This document shows, piece after piece, positions 17,999-27,003 of a DNA stretch of 32,000 bases. This DNA comes from Acaryochloris thomasi RCC1774. GTDB taxonomy: Bacteria > Cyanobacteriota > Cyanobacteriia > Thermosynechococcales > Thermosynechococcaceae. Location: NCBI RefSeq assembly GCF_003231495.1, contig NZ_PQWO01000018.1:30001-62000 (forward strand), read 5' to 3'. The notes under the pieces are model-generated. The model was not told where the DNA came from, ran no database searches, and saw nothing but the letters and a program-made list of their open reading frames with translations. Position 1 is the stretch's first letter; the number at the start of each line of letters is the position of its first letter. Position numbers and translations under genes: made by a program.

Positions 17999-18898
17999 TT
18001 AGAAGCTTGAACGATTGTCTTGCAGCATCAACACCGACTTAACAGGCCGCAGAATAGGCTCCCCCGACGAGTCTGATTTCCCTGTGTAAACTTTGTTCTG
18101 ATAGAACAAAGATGAAGAAGTCCCTCCATCTAGATTGATCGCTTGAGTGGCGCCTAGCTGCTTCATAAACGTAGAGAGCTCGTCAAAAGACATTCCTGTG
18201 GCGGCAGACGACTGCTGTTTTTGAGCCACCATTACCCATAGGAGCCCCTTTTCTGTCAGCCCAACGGCGCTGCGGGCATTGCGCTGACGACTTCCTAAAG
18301 GGTCACGCGTTACCGCGCCGTCAGCGTAGTCAAGAAATCCTTCTTCTATCAGGGTTTGTTGCGGTAAAAGCTGGGGTCCGCCCCCCAACGCAAACTTCAG
18401 ATTACAGCCTTCTGATACTGCCGAATCATGAAATGTAATTTCGTAGCGAGTGACGTCACCACACTGATACTGTCTCAATTCCGAGCGATTGAGGATTTTC
18501 GCAAGATAGGGACTCAGATCGGGATTTTTAGTCAGACGTTTATTTTGACTTGGGTCTTCAACCGTCTCGCCGTTAACGAGAATATAGGATGTCGTCTGTT
18601 GATTAACGGGGTCGAAAAAGCCACCATTGATAACAGCAACCGCCTGATATTTTTGAGCAAAGCCCTCAACCGTTACCAGTTGATCTGAAGCGGCAGTATT
18701 CATACGATAGCGGCGATTGTTGGGAACTTTAAGCGTATGGATAATGGCCTGAGGTTGTTCGTAGACTCGATATTCAAGCTCTTGGGCCTCGGTACTTGCT
18801 ATCTTAGGGACGGGAGCTGCATGGGGAGGAGCATCTCGGCAGGCTGTCAAAAGAAAAATCCCTAAAAAACAGAGGTGATGGAGTATTTTTTGTCGCAA
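17999..18898 (-). CDS. Phosphodiester glycosidase family (DUF2233-like) lipoprotein
   Basis: INGGFFD near the N-terminus of the domain and AINLDGGTSSSL near the C-terminus. Lipobox LLTAC after a signal peptide. TTG start. Confidence 0.75.
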   Translation of the reverse strand: MRQKILHHLCFLGIFLLTACRDAPPHAAPVPKIASTEAQELEYRVYEQPQAIIHTLKVPNNRRYRMNTAASDQLVTVEGFAQKYQAVAVINGGFFDPVNQQTTSYILVNGETVEDPSQNKRLTKNPDLSPYLAKILNRSELRQYQCGDVTRYEITFHDSAVSEGCNLKFALGGGPQLLPQQTLIEEGFLDYADGAVTRDPLGSRQRNARSAVGLTEKGLLWVMVAQKQQSSAATGMSFDELSTFMKQLGATQAINLDGGTSSSLFYQNKVYTGKSDSSGEPILRPVKSVLMLQDNRSSF

Positions 18899-19018
18899 CG
18901 CTTTACAATCTCACTGTTTTTTAAATTTTTGCATAAATATGATTCAAAAGACTGACAAGTGAAGTACAGACGTAAGATGATAAATCAGTGCGGTGGGTTT
19001 ATCCGATTTTGTTACAAG

Positions 19019-19051
19019 GGGCGTCGATATTAGCTGCGCCCGTTACTTTTT
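19019..19051 (+). other. GC hairpin followed by a T-run (terminator-like or attenuator-like) upstream of the 58-aa ORF
   Basis: GGGCG(T) at 19019-19024 pairs with (G)CGCCC at 19036-19041 around a 10-12 nt loop. GTTACTTTTTCC follows. No upstream plus-strand gene is visible for it to terminate. Confidence 0.2.
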
Positions 19052-19092
19052 CCGTAAGCATCAATATTTAGTATCTGGGGGAGGGTGAATAA

Positions 19093-19269
19093 ATGCTGTT
19101 TATGGTCGGAACGATTGCTATTTCTTTAGCAATTTCAATCTTTTTTGCAGTCGTGTTACTGATACGGAGAATCAGAGCCTTTGCGATTGTGTCAAAGCTA
19201 TGGATTGATTCAGATATAGAGTCAACGGATTGGCTAGAATCTGGGCACTACCTTGAAATCACGAGGTAG
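19093..19269 (+). CDS. Small single-pass membrane protein, 58 aa (below the ORF-track cutoff)
   Basis: Hand translation: MLFMVGTIAISLAISIFFAVVLLIRRIRAFAIVSKLWIDSDIESTDWLESGHYLEITR, stop TAG at 19267-19269. GGAGG at 19080-19084 lies 8 nt before the ATG. Layout is a TM helix, a positive patch (RRIR) and an acidic tail. Confidence 0.45.
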   Translation: MLFMVGTIAISLAISIFFAVVLLIRRIRAFAIVSKLWIDSDIESTDWLESGHYLEITR

Positions 19270-19292
19270 TCCTTACCAGCCTGTTTGAGAAT

Positions 19293-19946
19293 TTAGCGAC
19301 CCAAGTCGTGCATGGCGTTGATGACTTCTGCACAATGTTCTGTGACTGCATTGAGCTGATCTCGATTGCCTGAGGTGGGTGGCGCAATGGGGTGGCCGAT
19401 CCGCACGGTGATTGGGGTGATTTGCGGTAGCTTCTTCCCCTTGACGATGACCTTCTCTGTGCCCCAGAGAGAAACTGGCAATAGAGGCGCTTGGGTTTTG
19501 CTCGCGATCATGGCAGCTCCCAGTTTAGGGCTAGTAATGCGGCCGTCTTTAGTGCGTGTGCCCTGCAGAAAGACTCCTGTGGCCCAGCCTGATTCAAGGG
19601 ATGCGATTGCGGCTCGGATAGCGCTCCTAGCCCCACCTTGCCGATTGACGGGATAGGCTCCGTACCAGCGGATTAGCGTTGCAAATACTGGAATTTCGAA
19701 CAGCTCTCGCTTAGCCATAAAAGCTACCGGACGCCGCACACAGTTAGAGACAATGGGCGGATCAAAGTCACTCGCATGATTGCTGACCACCAGCAGCGGG
19801 CCGACCCGAGGAACGTTCTCTGCGCCATAAATTCGGCCTCGGAAATAGGTATGAAGCATCGGGTTCACCACCGACCATTTAAAAAGGTGGTAAAGCGCTA
19901 GGCTGATCGCGGGTTCTCGCTCTTTCGTCATGCTCTCCGCTGTCAT
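19293..19946 (-). CDS. plsC: 1-acyl-sn-glycerol-3-phosphate acyltransferase
   Basis: HX4D motif VVSNHASDFDPP, plus FMAKRELF and FLQGTRT blocks. ATG at 19946 lies 4 nt after the fabD stop; the alternative TTG at 19970 would overlap fabD. Confidence 0.9.
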   Translation of the reverse strand: MTAESMTKEREPAISLALYHLFKWSVVNPMLHTYFRGRIYGAENVPRVGPLLVVSNHASDFDPPIVSNCVRRPVAFMAKRELFEIPVFATLIRWYGAYPVNRQGGARSAIRAAIASLESGWATGVFLQGTRTKDGRITSPKLGAAMIASKTQAPLLPVSLWGTEKVIVKGKKLPQITPITVRIGHPIAPPTSGNRDQLNAVTEHCAEVINAMHDLGR

Positions 19947-19950
19947 GTAC

Positions 19951-20832
19951 TTACGCTGGCAAGTCAGCAACCGAATTCACGTTGACGAGGTCCACACCTT
20001 TACAGGTGCGCTTGGCGAGTCCCGTTAACACTTTGCCGGGGCCGACTTCCGTGACCTGCTCGATGCCGAGATCGTTAAACTGCAGACAGGTCTCACGCCA
20101 GCGGACTGGACCTGTGATTTGCTTCATTAGGCGGTCTTTTAGCACTTCAGGATCTGTCTCCGGGGCTGGCTCTACGTTGGAGATCACGGGGATTTGAGCC
20201 GGTTGAAATGCGACCGCATCTAAATCGGCCTTATACTCTGTGGCGGCGGCGGCCATTAGGGGCGAGTGGAAGGCACCGCCGACCTTGAGTGTCATTGCGC
20301 GTTTGACCTTAATATTGCTCAAAAGCTCATCCACCGCAGCGGGGGAGCCAGAAATAACCACCTGTCCGCTATGGTTGTCATTGGCCAGCACAACATCGTC
20401 AATTTTTTGGGCATGGAGATCGAGCTGTTCACGGTCGAATCCCATCAGAGCCGCCATCTTGCCGTCAGAGGCTTGACTCATCAGCTCAGATCGACGCTTC
20501 ACTAGTGATAGGCCCGCCGCAAAGTCAAAGACCCCAGCAACATAGAGCGCCACGTATTCCCCTAGGCTGTGGCCCGCCACCACCGCAGGTCTAATTCCCT
20601 GCTCCTGTAGTAAATCGGCCAAGATTGCTGAAATAACGTATAGGCAAGGCTGAGTATAGTTTGTTTGAGAAAGACGTTCTTCATCCCCCTTGCAAACATC
20701 AACAACGGACCAGCCCAAAATCTCAGCCGCCTCTTGAAAGCGTTTTTGGCCGTGCTCTGTCTCCGTCAAATCTAGCCCCATTCCCAGAGCCTGGGACCCT
20801 TGCCCCGGAAATACCCATGCGGTTTTTGTCAT
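19951..20832 (-). CDS. fabD: Malonyl-CoA:ACP transacylase
   Basis: FPGQGSQ, active-site GHSLGEY and GAFHSPLM motifs. 293 aa. Confidence 0.94.
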   Translation of the reverse strand: MTKTAWVFPGQGSQALGMGLDLTETEHGQKRFQEAAEILGWSVVDVCKGDEERLSQTNYTQPCLYVISAILADLLQEQGIRPAVVAGHSLGEYVALYVAGVFDFAAGLSLVKRRSELMSQASDGKMAALMGFDREQLDLHAQKIDDVVLANDNHSGQVVISGSPAAVDELLSNIKVKRAMTLKVGGAFHSPLMAAAATEYKADLDAVAFQPAQIPVISNVEPAPETDPEVLKDRLMKQITGPVRWRETCLQFNDLGIEQVTEVGPGKVLTGLAKRTCKGVDLVNVNSVADLPA

Positions 20833-20922
20833 TGCTGATCTTGGTGGTCATTGGTTCCACAAACCAGTTTGGCATCGAATGGTAACCTTAGGTACTTTAA
20901 TCTTGCTGTTCATAGTGATGCG

Positions 20923-21663
20923 ATGGTCACGAAGCCCTACCTAAAGATCCCCATCGTCGAGTCGGGGGAGACATTGCTGCCGGTTCCGAAGGTGCAGTTT
21001 GCCCACCAAACACCACACGCCTACGAAGCATTGGGGGCCCCCTATGGTGAAGCCTCTCCCTATTTTGTCCGGGAGCAGGTTCTCGACGCTTTAGTTAAGG
21101 CGCAGAAAGGGCTTCAGGAACAGCGGCCCCACTGGCAGATTTTTCTCTTTGATGCCTATCGCCCCGTGGCAGTGCAGGAATTTATGGTGAATTATGCGTT
21201 TCAAGAGGCACTGGCACAGCAAAATCTGAAGCTGGAACAGCTGACGCCTCTCAAGAAAGAATCGCTTTGGGAGCAGGTGCTGCAGATTTGGGCCTTGCCC
21301 AGTCTAGACCCGAAAACGCCACCGCCCCATAGTACAGGCGGGGCGGTAGACGTAACACTCTACGACCGCAATGCTCAGCAGCTCATTGAAATGGGGTCGC
21401 CCATTGATGAAATGTCGATGAGATCGCAACCCCAACATTTTGCAGAACTAGCTCAAGCTCCCCACCTCAGCGAGGCCGAGCGTACACTAGCCCAAACTGC
21501 AGCTCATCATCGTCAAATTCTCTACGATGCTATGCAAAGCGCAGGTTTTCAGCGCCATCTGGGCGAGTGGTGGCACTTTTGTCTCGGAGACCAGATGTGG
21601 GCTTGGTTGACGCGTCAGCAACAGGCTGGCTCGACAGTCGTTGCTCGTTACGGAAGGATTTGA
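20923..21663 (+). CDS. D-alanyl-D-alanine dipeptidase (VanX/DdpX-like, M15 family)
   Basis: Zinc and catalytic motifs HSTGGAVDVTL and EWWHF. ATG at 20923 is preferred over 20851. Confidence 0.8.
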   Translation: MVTKPYLKIPIVESGETLLPVPKVQFAHQTPHAYEALGAPYGEASPYFVREQVLDALVKAQKGLQEQRPHWQIFLFDAYRPVAVQEFMVNYAFQEALAQQNLKLEQLTPLKKESLWEQVLQIWALPSLDPKTPPPHSTGGAVDVTLYDRNAQQLIEMGSPIDEMSMRSQPQHFAELAQAPHLSEAERTLAQTAAHHRQILYDAMQSAGFQRHLGEWWHFCLGDQMWAWLTRQQQAGSTVVARYGRI

Positions 21664-21670
21664 GCTGCAG

Positions 21671-22456
21671 CTAGCTATAGCTAAGCACTTCAATCACGGG
21701 GCCAGTGCTGGGTGTATTGCTTTTGCTGACTGAAAGGCTGTTGCTGCCGACGCGGCGAATGGTGCTGCCCTGCATAATCGATAAGAAATCTTCAATGGGC
21801 TGCAGCGAGCAGCCTTCGGTGATGGTGCTGGCAATTCGGTAGTGGGTTGGAATGACGCGCTTCGGTTCTAGGGTTGCGATCGCAACCTTTGCCTCTTCTG
21901 GCGTATAAGCTTTATCGCTGCCCCCCACCGGGATCATGAGCACGTCCGGGGTGCCCATCAGAATTTTCTGCTCAATCGTAATGGGTGACGCAATACCGCC
22001 CAGATGCACCACGTTGACGCCCCCCTGTGTCCATTTCCAGGCCACATTGGTGCCATATCGATACCCATTGACGCGATCGTGGAGGGTGCGAATCCCCTGA
22101 ATTGCTAAACCATTGGTTTGGTAACTGCCGGGTTCAGAGAGTAGCTTGGGCTTCCCTTTGAGGCCCTCAACGGCTCCCTCATCTAAAAGGCGACTGCTAA
22201 TCATGACTAAGTTGGCGCTGACGTTGGGCTCTCGATAATTAGCCGTGCAGCCCGCTGAGCGGAAAGGGTTCACCAGCACCGTCTGCCCGCTACCGGTGAA
22301 CAGAAAGCAGGTGTGTCCCAACCAGCGAATGCCCAGAGAGCCGGACTGCGCCTGAGACGGCTGTTGCCATTTAGACACCAACCCTGTGCCGAGACTCGCA
22401 ATTAATCCTGCCTGCGCATAGCGCATGAACTGTCGCCGATTGACCATCTTCTTCAT
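21671..22456 (-). CDS. MBL-fold metal-dependent hydrolase with Tat signal
   Basis: Twin-arginine leader MKKMVNRRQFMRYAQAGLIASLG. The beta-lactamase-fold pattern resembles the UlaG/UPF0173 group (WLGHTCF...VLVNPF...HLGG...IPTHY). Confidence 0.7.
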   Translation of the reverse strand: MKKMVNRRQFMRYAQAGLIASLGTGLVSKWQQPSQAQSGSLGIRWLGHTCFLFTGSGQTVLVNPFRSAGCTANYREPNVSANLVMISSRLLDEGAVEGLKGKPKLLSEPGSYQTNGLAIQGIRTLHDRVNGYRYGTNVAWKWTQGGVNVVHLGGIASPITIEQKILMGTPDVLMIPVGGSDKAYTPEEAKVAIATLEPKRVIPTHYRIASTITEGCSLQPIEDFLSIMQGSTIRRVGSNSLSVSKSNTPSTGPVIEVLSYS

Positions 22457-22495
22457 TCTTTACTCAGTAACGCTATGACTTTAGCAGCTACCTGC

Positions 22496-23092
22496 TCAAT
22501 CCTGAGTCAAGTGACGCAGAAAATTCTTTAGCAGCAGCTTCCCCGATGTTGTGAGAATACTCTCTGGATGAAACTGGACGCCCTCAACTTTAGGATAGTT
22601 CCGATGCCGGACTCCCATAATCGTGCCGTCAGCAGTCCAGGCCGTCACCTCTAGAACTTCGGGGCAAGTGTCCTTCTCGATCACGAGACTGTGATATCGC
22701 GTCGCCGTAAACGGATTGTCGAGTCCCTCAAACACCCCCACTGCAGCATGCTCAACGTTTGAGGTCTTGCCGTGCATGAGCACCGGAGCTGAGACGATAT
22801 TGCCGCCGAACACCTCTCCAATGCTTTGATGTCCCAAACAAACGCCCAGAATGGGGGTGCTGCTGCCCAGCTCCTGAATCAGCTCCATTGAGACTCCTGC
22901 ATCCTCGGGTCGACCGGGACCGGGAGAAATCACGATGGCGTCAGGTGCTAATGCCTTGACCTGTGCTAGAGAAATTTTGTCATTGCGATAAACCTGCAGG
23001 TCCTCTGCTACAGGGAAGTCTGAGGCCAGTTCCCCGAGATACTGTACGAGGTTGTAGGTAAAGCTGTCGTAGTTGTCAACGACGATGATCAA
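22496..23092 (-). CDS. trpG: Glutamine amidotransferase of anthranilate or aminodeoxychorismate synthase (component II)
   Basis: IIVVDNYDSFTYNLVQYLGEL, catalytic GVCLGHQ, and FHPES. TTG start with GAGGGAG 9 nt upstream. TrpG and PabA cannot be told apart from sequence alone. Confidence 0.9.
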   Translation of the reverse strand: MIIVVDNYDSFTYNLVQYLGELASDFPVAEDLQVYRNDKISLAQVKALAPDAIVISPGPGRPEDAGVSMELIQELGSSTPILGVCLGHQSIGEVFGGNIVSAPVLMHGKTSNVEHAAVGVFEGLDNPFTATRYHSLVIEKDTCPEVLEVTAWTADGTIMGVRHRNYPKVEGVQFHPESILTTSGKLLLKNFLRHLTQD

Positions 23093-23163
23093 TGGCTTGC
23101 TCCCTCATTGATGTCTCCACGGTGGCAGAAATTGAATGGTAACCACGGCTAGACCGTGCCAAG

Positions 23164-23619
23164 CTACCCCATTGTGGCAGATAGAACAGCCCAAAGCGGC
23201 GGCAGTAAGAGTAGACTCGCCACAATTACGGCGGCCAGCGCTGAGATCAAGACAGAGGCAGCCGCGCAATCCTTAGCAATCTTGGCAAGTTCGTGATAGG
23301 TCTGCTGCACGGTCAGATCGACGACGGCTTCTAGCGCAGTATTCAGCAGTTCCATGACCAGCACCAAGCCGGACGTGAGACCGACCACGGCTAGCTCAAC
23401 AGAGGGAAGCTTCAAGTAGACTCCCAGCCCCAGGGCAATGGAGCCAATCAGCGTATGAATTCTGAAATTACGCTGCGTAACGAAGGCATAGCTTACACCG
23501 GCCCAGGCATATCGAAAGCTGGCAAACAGGTTGTCGGCAACCTGGAAAGAGAGTGCCCGACGTAGAGGGGACTGCGACTCTTGATCCAGCGGGATTGCTG
23601 AGGGAAGTTCTTTCTTCAC
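23164..23619 (-). CDS. dgkA: Diacylglycerol kinase (prokaryotic DgkA family)
   Basis: FRYAWAGVSYA...VMELLNTALEAVVDL...AKDCAAASVLISAL matches the DgkA three-helix pattern. GTG start. Confidence 0.88.
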   Translation of the reverse strand: MKKELPSAIPLDQESQSPLRRALSFQVADNLFASFRYAWAGVSYAFVTQRNFRIHTLIGSIALGLGVYLKLPSVELAVVGLTSGLVLVMELLNTALEAVVDLTVQQTYHELAKIAKDCAAASVLISALAAVIVASLLLLPPLWAVLSATMG

Positions 23620-23632
23620 GGCAGATCTTGAC

Positions 23633-23749
23633 TCACTCTACGCAAGCTGACGGAACGAGGCATTTAGCGAACGAAGGTCCAAAGTGAGTGGACGGGAATA
23701 CGGGGTTCGCAACGCTTTTGCCTAAGAAATATTTCAGCATGACGCTCAT
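23633..23749 (-). CDS. Candidate 38-aa ORF between ybeY and dgkA (below the ORF-track cutoff)
   Basis: Hand translation of the minus strand: MSVMLKYFLGKSVANPVFPSTHFGPSFAKCLVPSACVE, stop TGA. GAGGAG (23764-23759) lies 9 nt upstream of the ATG (23749). The stop is 13 nt before the dgkA GTG. Confidence 0.3.
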   Translation of the reverse strand: MSVMLKYFLGKSVANPVFPSTHFGPSFAKCLVPSACVE

Positions 23750-23824
23750 GATAAGTTTCTCCTCGACTGTGCTGATCTCCAGGGCTGAACAACAGCAGCA
23801 ACCGTGAATGATATAAAAGTTAAT

Positions 23825-24322
23825 CTAGAGAATATTCATTGAGGTTAACAGATTATCCTGCTGCTGCAGCATTTGTTCAAGGGATGCGGCGTCAGGGTGA
23901 TCCCAGCCGAGCAGGTGGAGCAGACCGTGGCTGGCGAGCCAAGCAAGCTCTTGCTCAGGAGAGTGCTGATGCTCTGAGGCCTGACGTGACGCGGTCTCTA
24001 AGGAGATGATGATATCCCCTAGCTCTACGGGATCCGTCTGCCACTGGACGGGGGGTGGGGTATCGGCGACAAGGTTTTCCAGGGCAGCAAAGGCCAAGAC
24101 ATCTGTGGGTTGGTTATAGCTGCGATAGGTCGCATTCAACTGCTGTATCTCTGCATCGTCAGTCAACCGCAAGCACAGAGAATAGGCGTCGATGGGTGAT
24201 AGCGCTGGGTCTAGCTGTGTCAGCCAATGGTTGAACCACTGCTGCCAGGTTTGCTCACCCATAAGACCGGCCTCTTTTGTAATCGAAGGGCCAGAATACT
24301 GGACGTAAACCTCTGTCTCCAT
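23825..24322 (-). CDS. ybeY: rRNA maturation endoribonuclease YbeY
   Basis: Zinc motif HGLLHLLGWDH, plus TDVLAF and GDIIIS blocks. 165 aa. Confidence 0.93.
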   Translation of the reverse strand: METEVYVQYSGPSITKEAGLMGEQTWQQWFNHWLTQLDPALSPIDAYSLCLRLTDDAEIQQLNATYRSYNQPTDVLAFAALENLVADTPPPVQWQTDPVELGDIIISLETASRQASEHQHSPEQELAWLASHGLLHLLGWDHPDAASLEQMLQQQDNLLTSMNIL

Positions 24323-24324
24323 CT

Positions 24325-24591
24325 TTACGATCGAGTCAGATAGGACAGACCAATTAGCAGAGCGAGCAGGCCGGTGGCAGTCAGGCCGAAGTGGAAGAGA
24401 GACTGGGCGCGTTTTTTGACCATGTTCCGCATGGCAAGCTTCACATAACTGGGTGGGGGTTCTGCTGCGACCGGTGCCGCCTCTTCAGCCGCTGAGGGAT
24501 TTGAAGATTGAGTCTCTGGTGATGACTCTGTTGGTGAGGTCATAGTCAATGCTGACGCAAGTACAGATTTAGTGTAGCGAACCCACGGCAT
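24325..24591 (-). CDS. Small membrane protein (hypothetical, cyanobacterial type)
   Basis: Ser/Pro/Ala/Glu-rich N-terminal part, then PSYVKLAMRNMVKKRAQSLFHF and one TM (GLTATGLLALLIGLSYL). The stop is 2 nt before the ybeY ATG. The true start may be the internal Met at 24543. Confidence 0.6.
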   Translation of the reverse strand: MPWVRYTKSVLASALTMTSPTESSPETQSSNPSAAEEAAPVAAEPPPSYVKLAMRNMVKKRAQSLFHFGLTATGLLALLIGLSYLTRS

Positions 24592-24627
24592 CGATTGACT
24601 CTAAAGGCTTTTTCTAACCGCCGTTTT

Positions 24628-25317
24628 CTAAACCTTTGTCCCTAGTAGCCCCTTAAACAGGCTGAGGCCGTCTGTATAGGTCAGGGCGGCATCTGATGCA
24701 CGTTCGGGGTGGGGCATCATCCCGAGAACATTGCCTTGCCGGTTACAAATCCCGGCAATGTTGTTCAAGGAGCCGTTGGGGTTTGCTGCTGCGTTGATGG
24801 TGCCGCGGGCGTCACTATAGCGGAACAGGACTTGTTGATGGGCTTCTAGGTCGGCGAGGGTTTGCGAGTCTGCGTAGTAGCAGCCTTCTCCGTGGGCAAT
24901 GGGCAAGGTGATGACGTTCTGCTTTTGGTAGGCAGTGGTCCAGGGTAAATCGTGACGCTCGATTTTTAAGGGGATGCGATCGCAAATAAAATGCAGATCC
25001 CGATTCCGCACCAGCGCCCCTGGCAACAGCCCCGATTCGGTGAGCACCTGAAACCCATTACAGATTCCTAGCACCCACTTTCCCTGAGCGGCATGATCCT
25101 TAATCGACTGCAGGACGGGGGCAAAGCGAGCGATGGCACCACAGCGCAGATAATCGCCGTAGCTAAACCCACCAGGCACCACAATCACGTCTAGATCGCT
25201 GATGTCTGTCTCTTCGTGCCACACCATGCGGGTGGGCTGCTGCAAAATATCTCGAGTGACCCAGGCTACATCGCGATCGCAATTCGACCCTGGGAAAACA
25301 ACGACGCCAAAGTTCAT
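24628..25317 (-). CDS. purQ: Phosphoribosylformylglycinamidine synthase, glutaminase subunit
   Basis: FPGSNCDRD, nucleophile GICNGFQ, and MPHPER. The ATG overlaps the purS stop (ATGA). Confidence 0.94.
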   Translation of the reverse strand: MNFGVVVFPGSNCDRDVAWVTRDILQQPTRMVWHEETDISDLDVIVVPGGFSYGDYLRCGAIARFAPVLQSIKDHAAQGKWVLGICNGFQVLTESGLLPGALVRNRDLHFICDRIPLKIERHDLPWTTAYQKQNVITLPIAHGEGCYYADSQTLADLEAHQQVLFRYSDARGTINAAANPNGSLNNIAGICNRQGNVLGMMPHPERASDAALTYTDGLSLFKGLLGTKV

Positions 25318-25583
25318 GCCGCAACTCCCACCGGCTCTAGCTCAAAGCGATAGTTCTCAATCACAGGGTTTGCTAAAAGCTGATCACACATCTGATCAAG
25401 CTGGGTCTCTGCGGCCCTGGTATCTGCTGCCGTGAGCGTTAGCTCGACGTACTTACCAATTCTAATTTTTTCGACGTTGTCGTGGCCCATATGGCTGAGG
25501 CCCGACTGCACTGCTGTGCCAGCGGGGTCCAGGACAGAGGGTCTGAGAGTTACGTAGATTTTGGCCTGATAGGTTTGAGTCAC
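25314..25583 (-). CDS. purS: Phosphoribosylformylglycinamidine synthase subunit PurS
   Basis: [22 protein letters not shown]...[12 protein letters not shown] is the PurS pattern. GTG at 25583 gives a typical length of about 89 aa; the track ORF extends to a TTG at 25625. Confidence 0.88.
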   Translation of the reverse strand: MTQTYQAKIYVTLRPSVLDPAGTAVQSGLSHMGHDNVEKIRIGKYVELTLTAADTRAAETQLDQMCDQLLANPVIENYRFELEPVGVAA

Positions 25584-25679
25584 GGTTGGGTTGCGATCAC
25601 GTCTCTTTGACTCTACCCGAATCAAGCCAGTTTTCCTCTAAAGCGACCCGTTGAACAAAGATGATTGCAGGGAATCAAT

Positions 25680-26966
25680 CTATGAAATAAACGGACCCCA
25701 AATTGCCAATGTTATTCCAGGAGACTGAATATTGACAAACATTGTCAAAGGATTTGTCGCAAAACACACCCCTGCGAACTCACTAGTGTTGAGTGCATTA
25801 CGAGCAAAATCGTACACCTTTCCATCTCTTTGAATGCCGCGCACAAACTGCTCACCCCAACCATCTTCTGAAACGAATAAATCTCCGAAGGATGAAGCCG
25901 TGATGTTATCCGGGTAGTCGAGTTGCGATCGCCCACTTGACTCCACAAATAAAGTGAGCTGCCCTCCATCTTCCTCAGGCCGATAGCGCCACACCTGACC
26001 GAGACCCGCCTTGCCCCCGCTGGTGCAGCAGACATATAGATCTTGACCGTCAAAACACAGCCCCTCCCCACGACTAAACTGAGCTGCTCCCTTTGCGAAG
26101 CCCTCCTGACGAACGGTATCCTCAGCCGGATCTGGATCTTCAATCCGCACCCATTCCACCGCCATTGACTGTTCGAGCGCGAAGCCGACTTTAGTATTCG
26201 CCTGAGGTTTTTCCTTGATTTTCAGCGCCTCCAATACTCCCCCTGCCTTCAAGTTCCCTGGCTCATGAGGGATAAAGCGATAGAGCAAGCCGTCGCCGCG
26301 ATCTTCAGTTTGGTAGACGATACCGGTGCTGGGATCAACCGCGATCGCCTCGTGGTAAAACCGTCCCATTGCCACCAGAGGCTCCGGGATCACTGGCTCA
26401 GTGAGCAAAGCCGGTACCTCAAAGTTGTAGCCATGCCGCCGGCTAAGGATGGGATTGCTCCTAGGCGTAGACGTATCCTCCTCGCAGCTAATCCATGAAT
26501 CCCAGGGTGTCGCACCACCTGAGCAATTGCGGTAGGTTCCAGCCAAGGAGACATGATGGCGCAGCAGTCGCCGATCTGCATTGAGAGTCAGCGTTGTCGT
26601 GCCCCCCGCGCAGGCTGAGTCATACTTCGGTCCTACGGCACCGGGCGTTTCACTTGGGCTTAGCTCATGGTTACGGACTAAAACAATCGTATTGTTCGGA
26701 CCAGAGAATGCCGACATCCCGTCATGATCTGCAGGCACCAAGTTGCCATCGTTCATTCGTTCACCTGTCCGAGAGAAAGCACGATATTGAAATCCCTTAG
26801 GCAAATCCAGGATCCCTTGTGGATCGGGGATCAATGGGCCGTAGCCTTTCCCTTGCAGTGACCGAGCATGGCTAGCGCGCAGGTGAAATCTGCGCAATGG
26901 ATCCGCCACAACGGTTCCTGCGGTTACACCGGCCACTGTTAAAAATTGTCTTCGAGAAAAGGCCAC
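25680..26966 (-). CDS. Tat-secreted DUF839/PhoX-like beta-propeller protein (putative phosphatase)
   Basis: Twin-arginine leader (V/M)AFSRRQFLTVAGVTAG. Repeated propeller-like blocks (HDGM, NCSGG.TPWD, HEA.AVDP, EDG). GTG at 26966 has GGAG 6 nt upstream and is preferred over the TTG at 26999. Confidence 0.65.
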   Translation of the reverse strand: MAFSRRQFLTVAGVTAGTVVADPLRRFHLRASHARSLQGKGYGPLIPDPQGILDLPKGFQYRAFSRTGERMNDGNLVPADHDGMSAFSGPNNTIVLVRNHELSPSETPGAVGPKYDSACAGGTTTLTLNADRRLLRHHVSLAGTYRNCSGGATPWDSWISCEEDTSTPRSNPILSRRHGYNFEVPALLTEPVIPEPLVAMGRFYHEAIAVDPSTGIVYQTEDRGDGLLYRFIPHEPGNLKAGGVLEALKIKEKPQANTKVGFALEQSMAVEWVRIEDPDPAEDTVRQEGFAKGAAQFSRGEGLCFDGQDLYVCCTSGGKAGLGQVWRYRPEEDGGQLTLFVESSGRSQLDYPDNITASSFGDLFVSEDGWGEQFVRGIQRDGKVYDFARNALNTSEFAGVCFATNPLTMFVNIQSPGITLAIWGPFIS

Positions 26967-27003
26967 AGAGTACTCCAGCAATTGATGAAAAGGCTGCAAC
27001 TAC

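Noticed and set aside
23093-23163. CACGGT...ACCGTG inverted repeat, with an extra CCACGG copy, between dgkA and trpG.
   Set aside because: The arms are 6 bp and are separated by 29 nt. That is weak and unremarkable for a 70-bp spacer.
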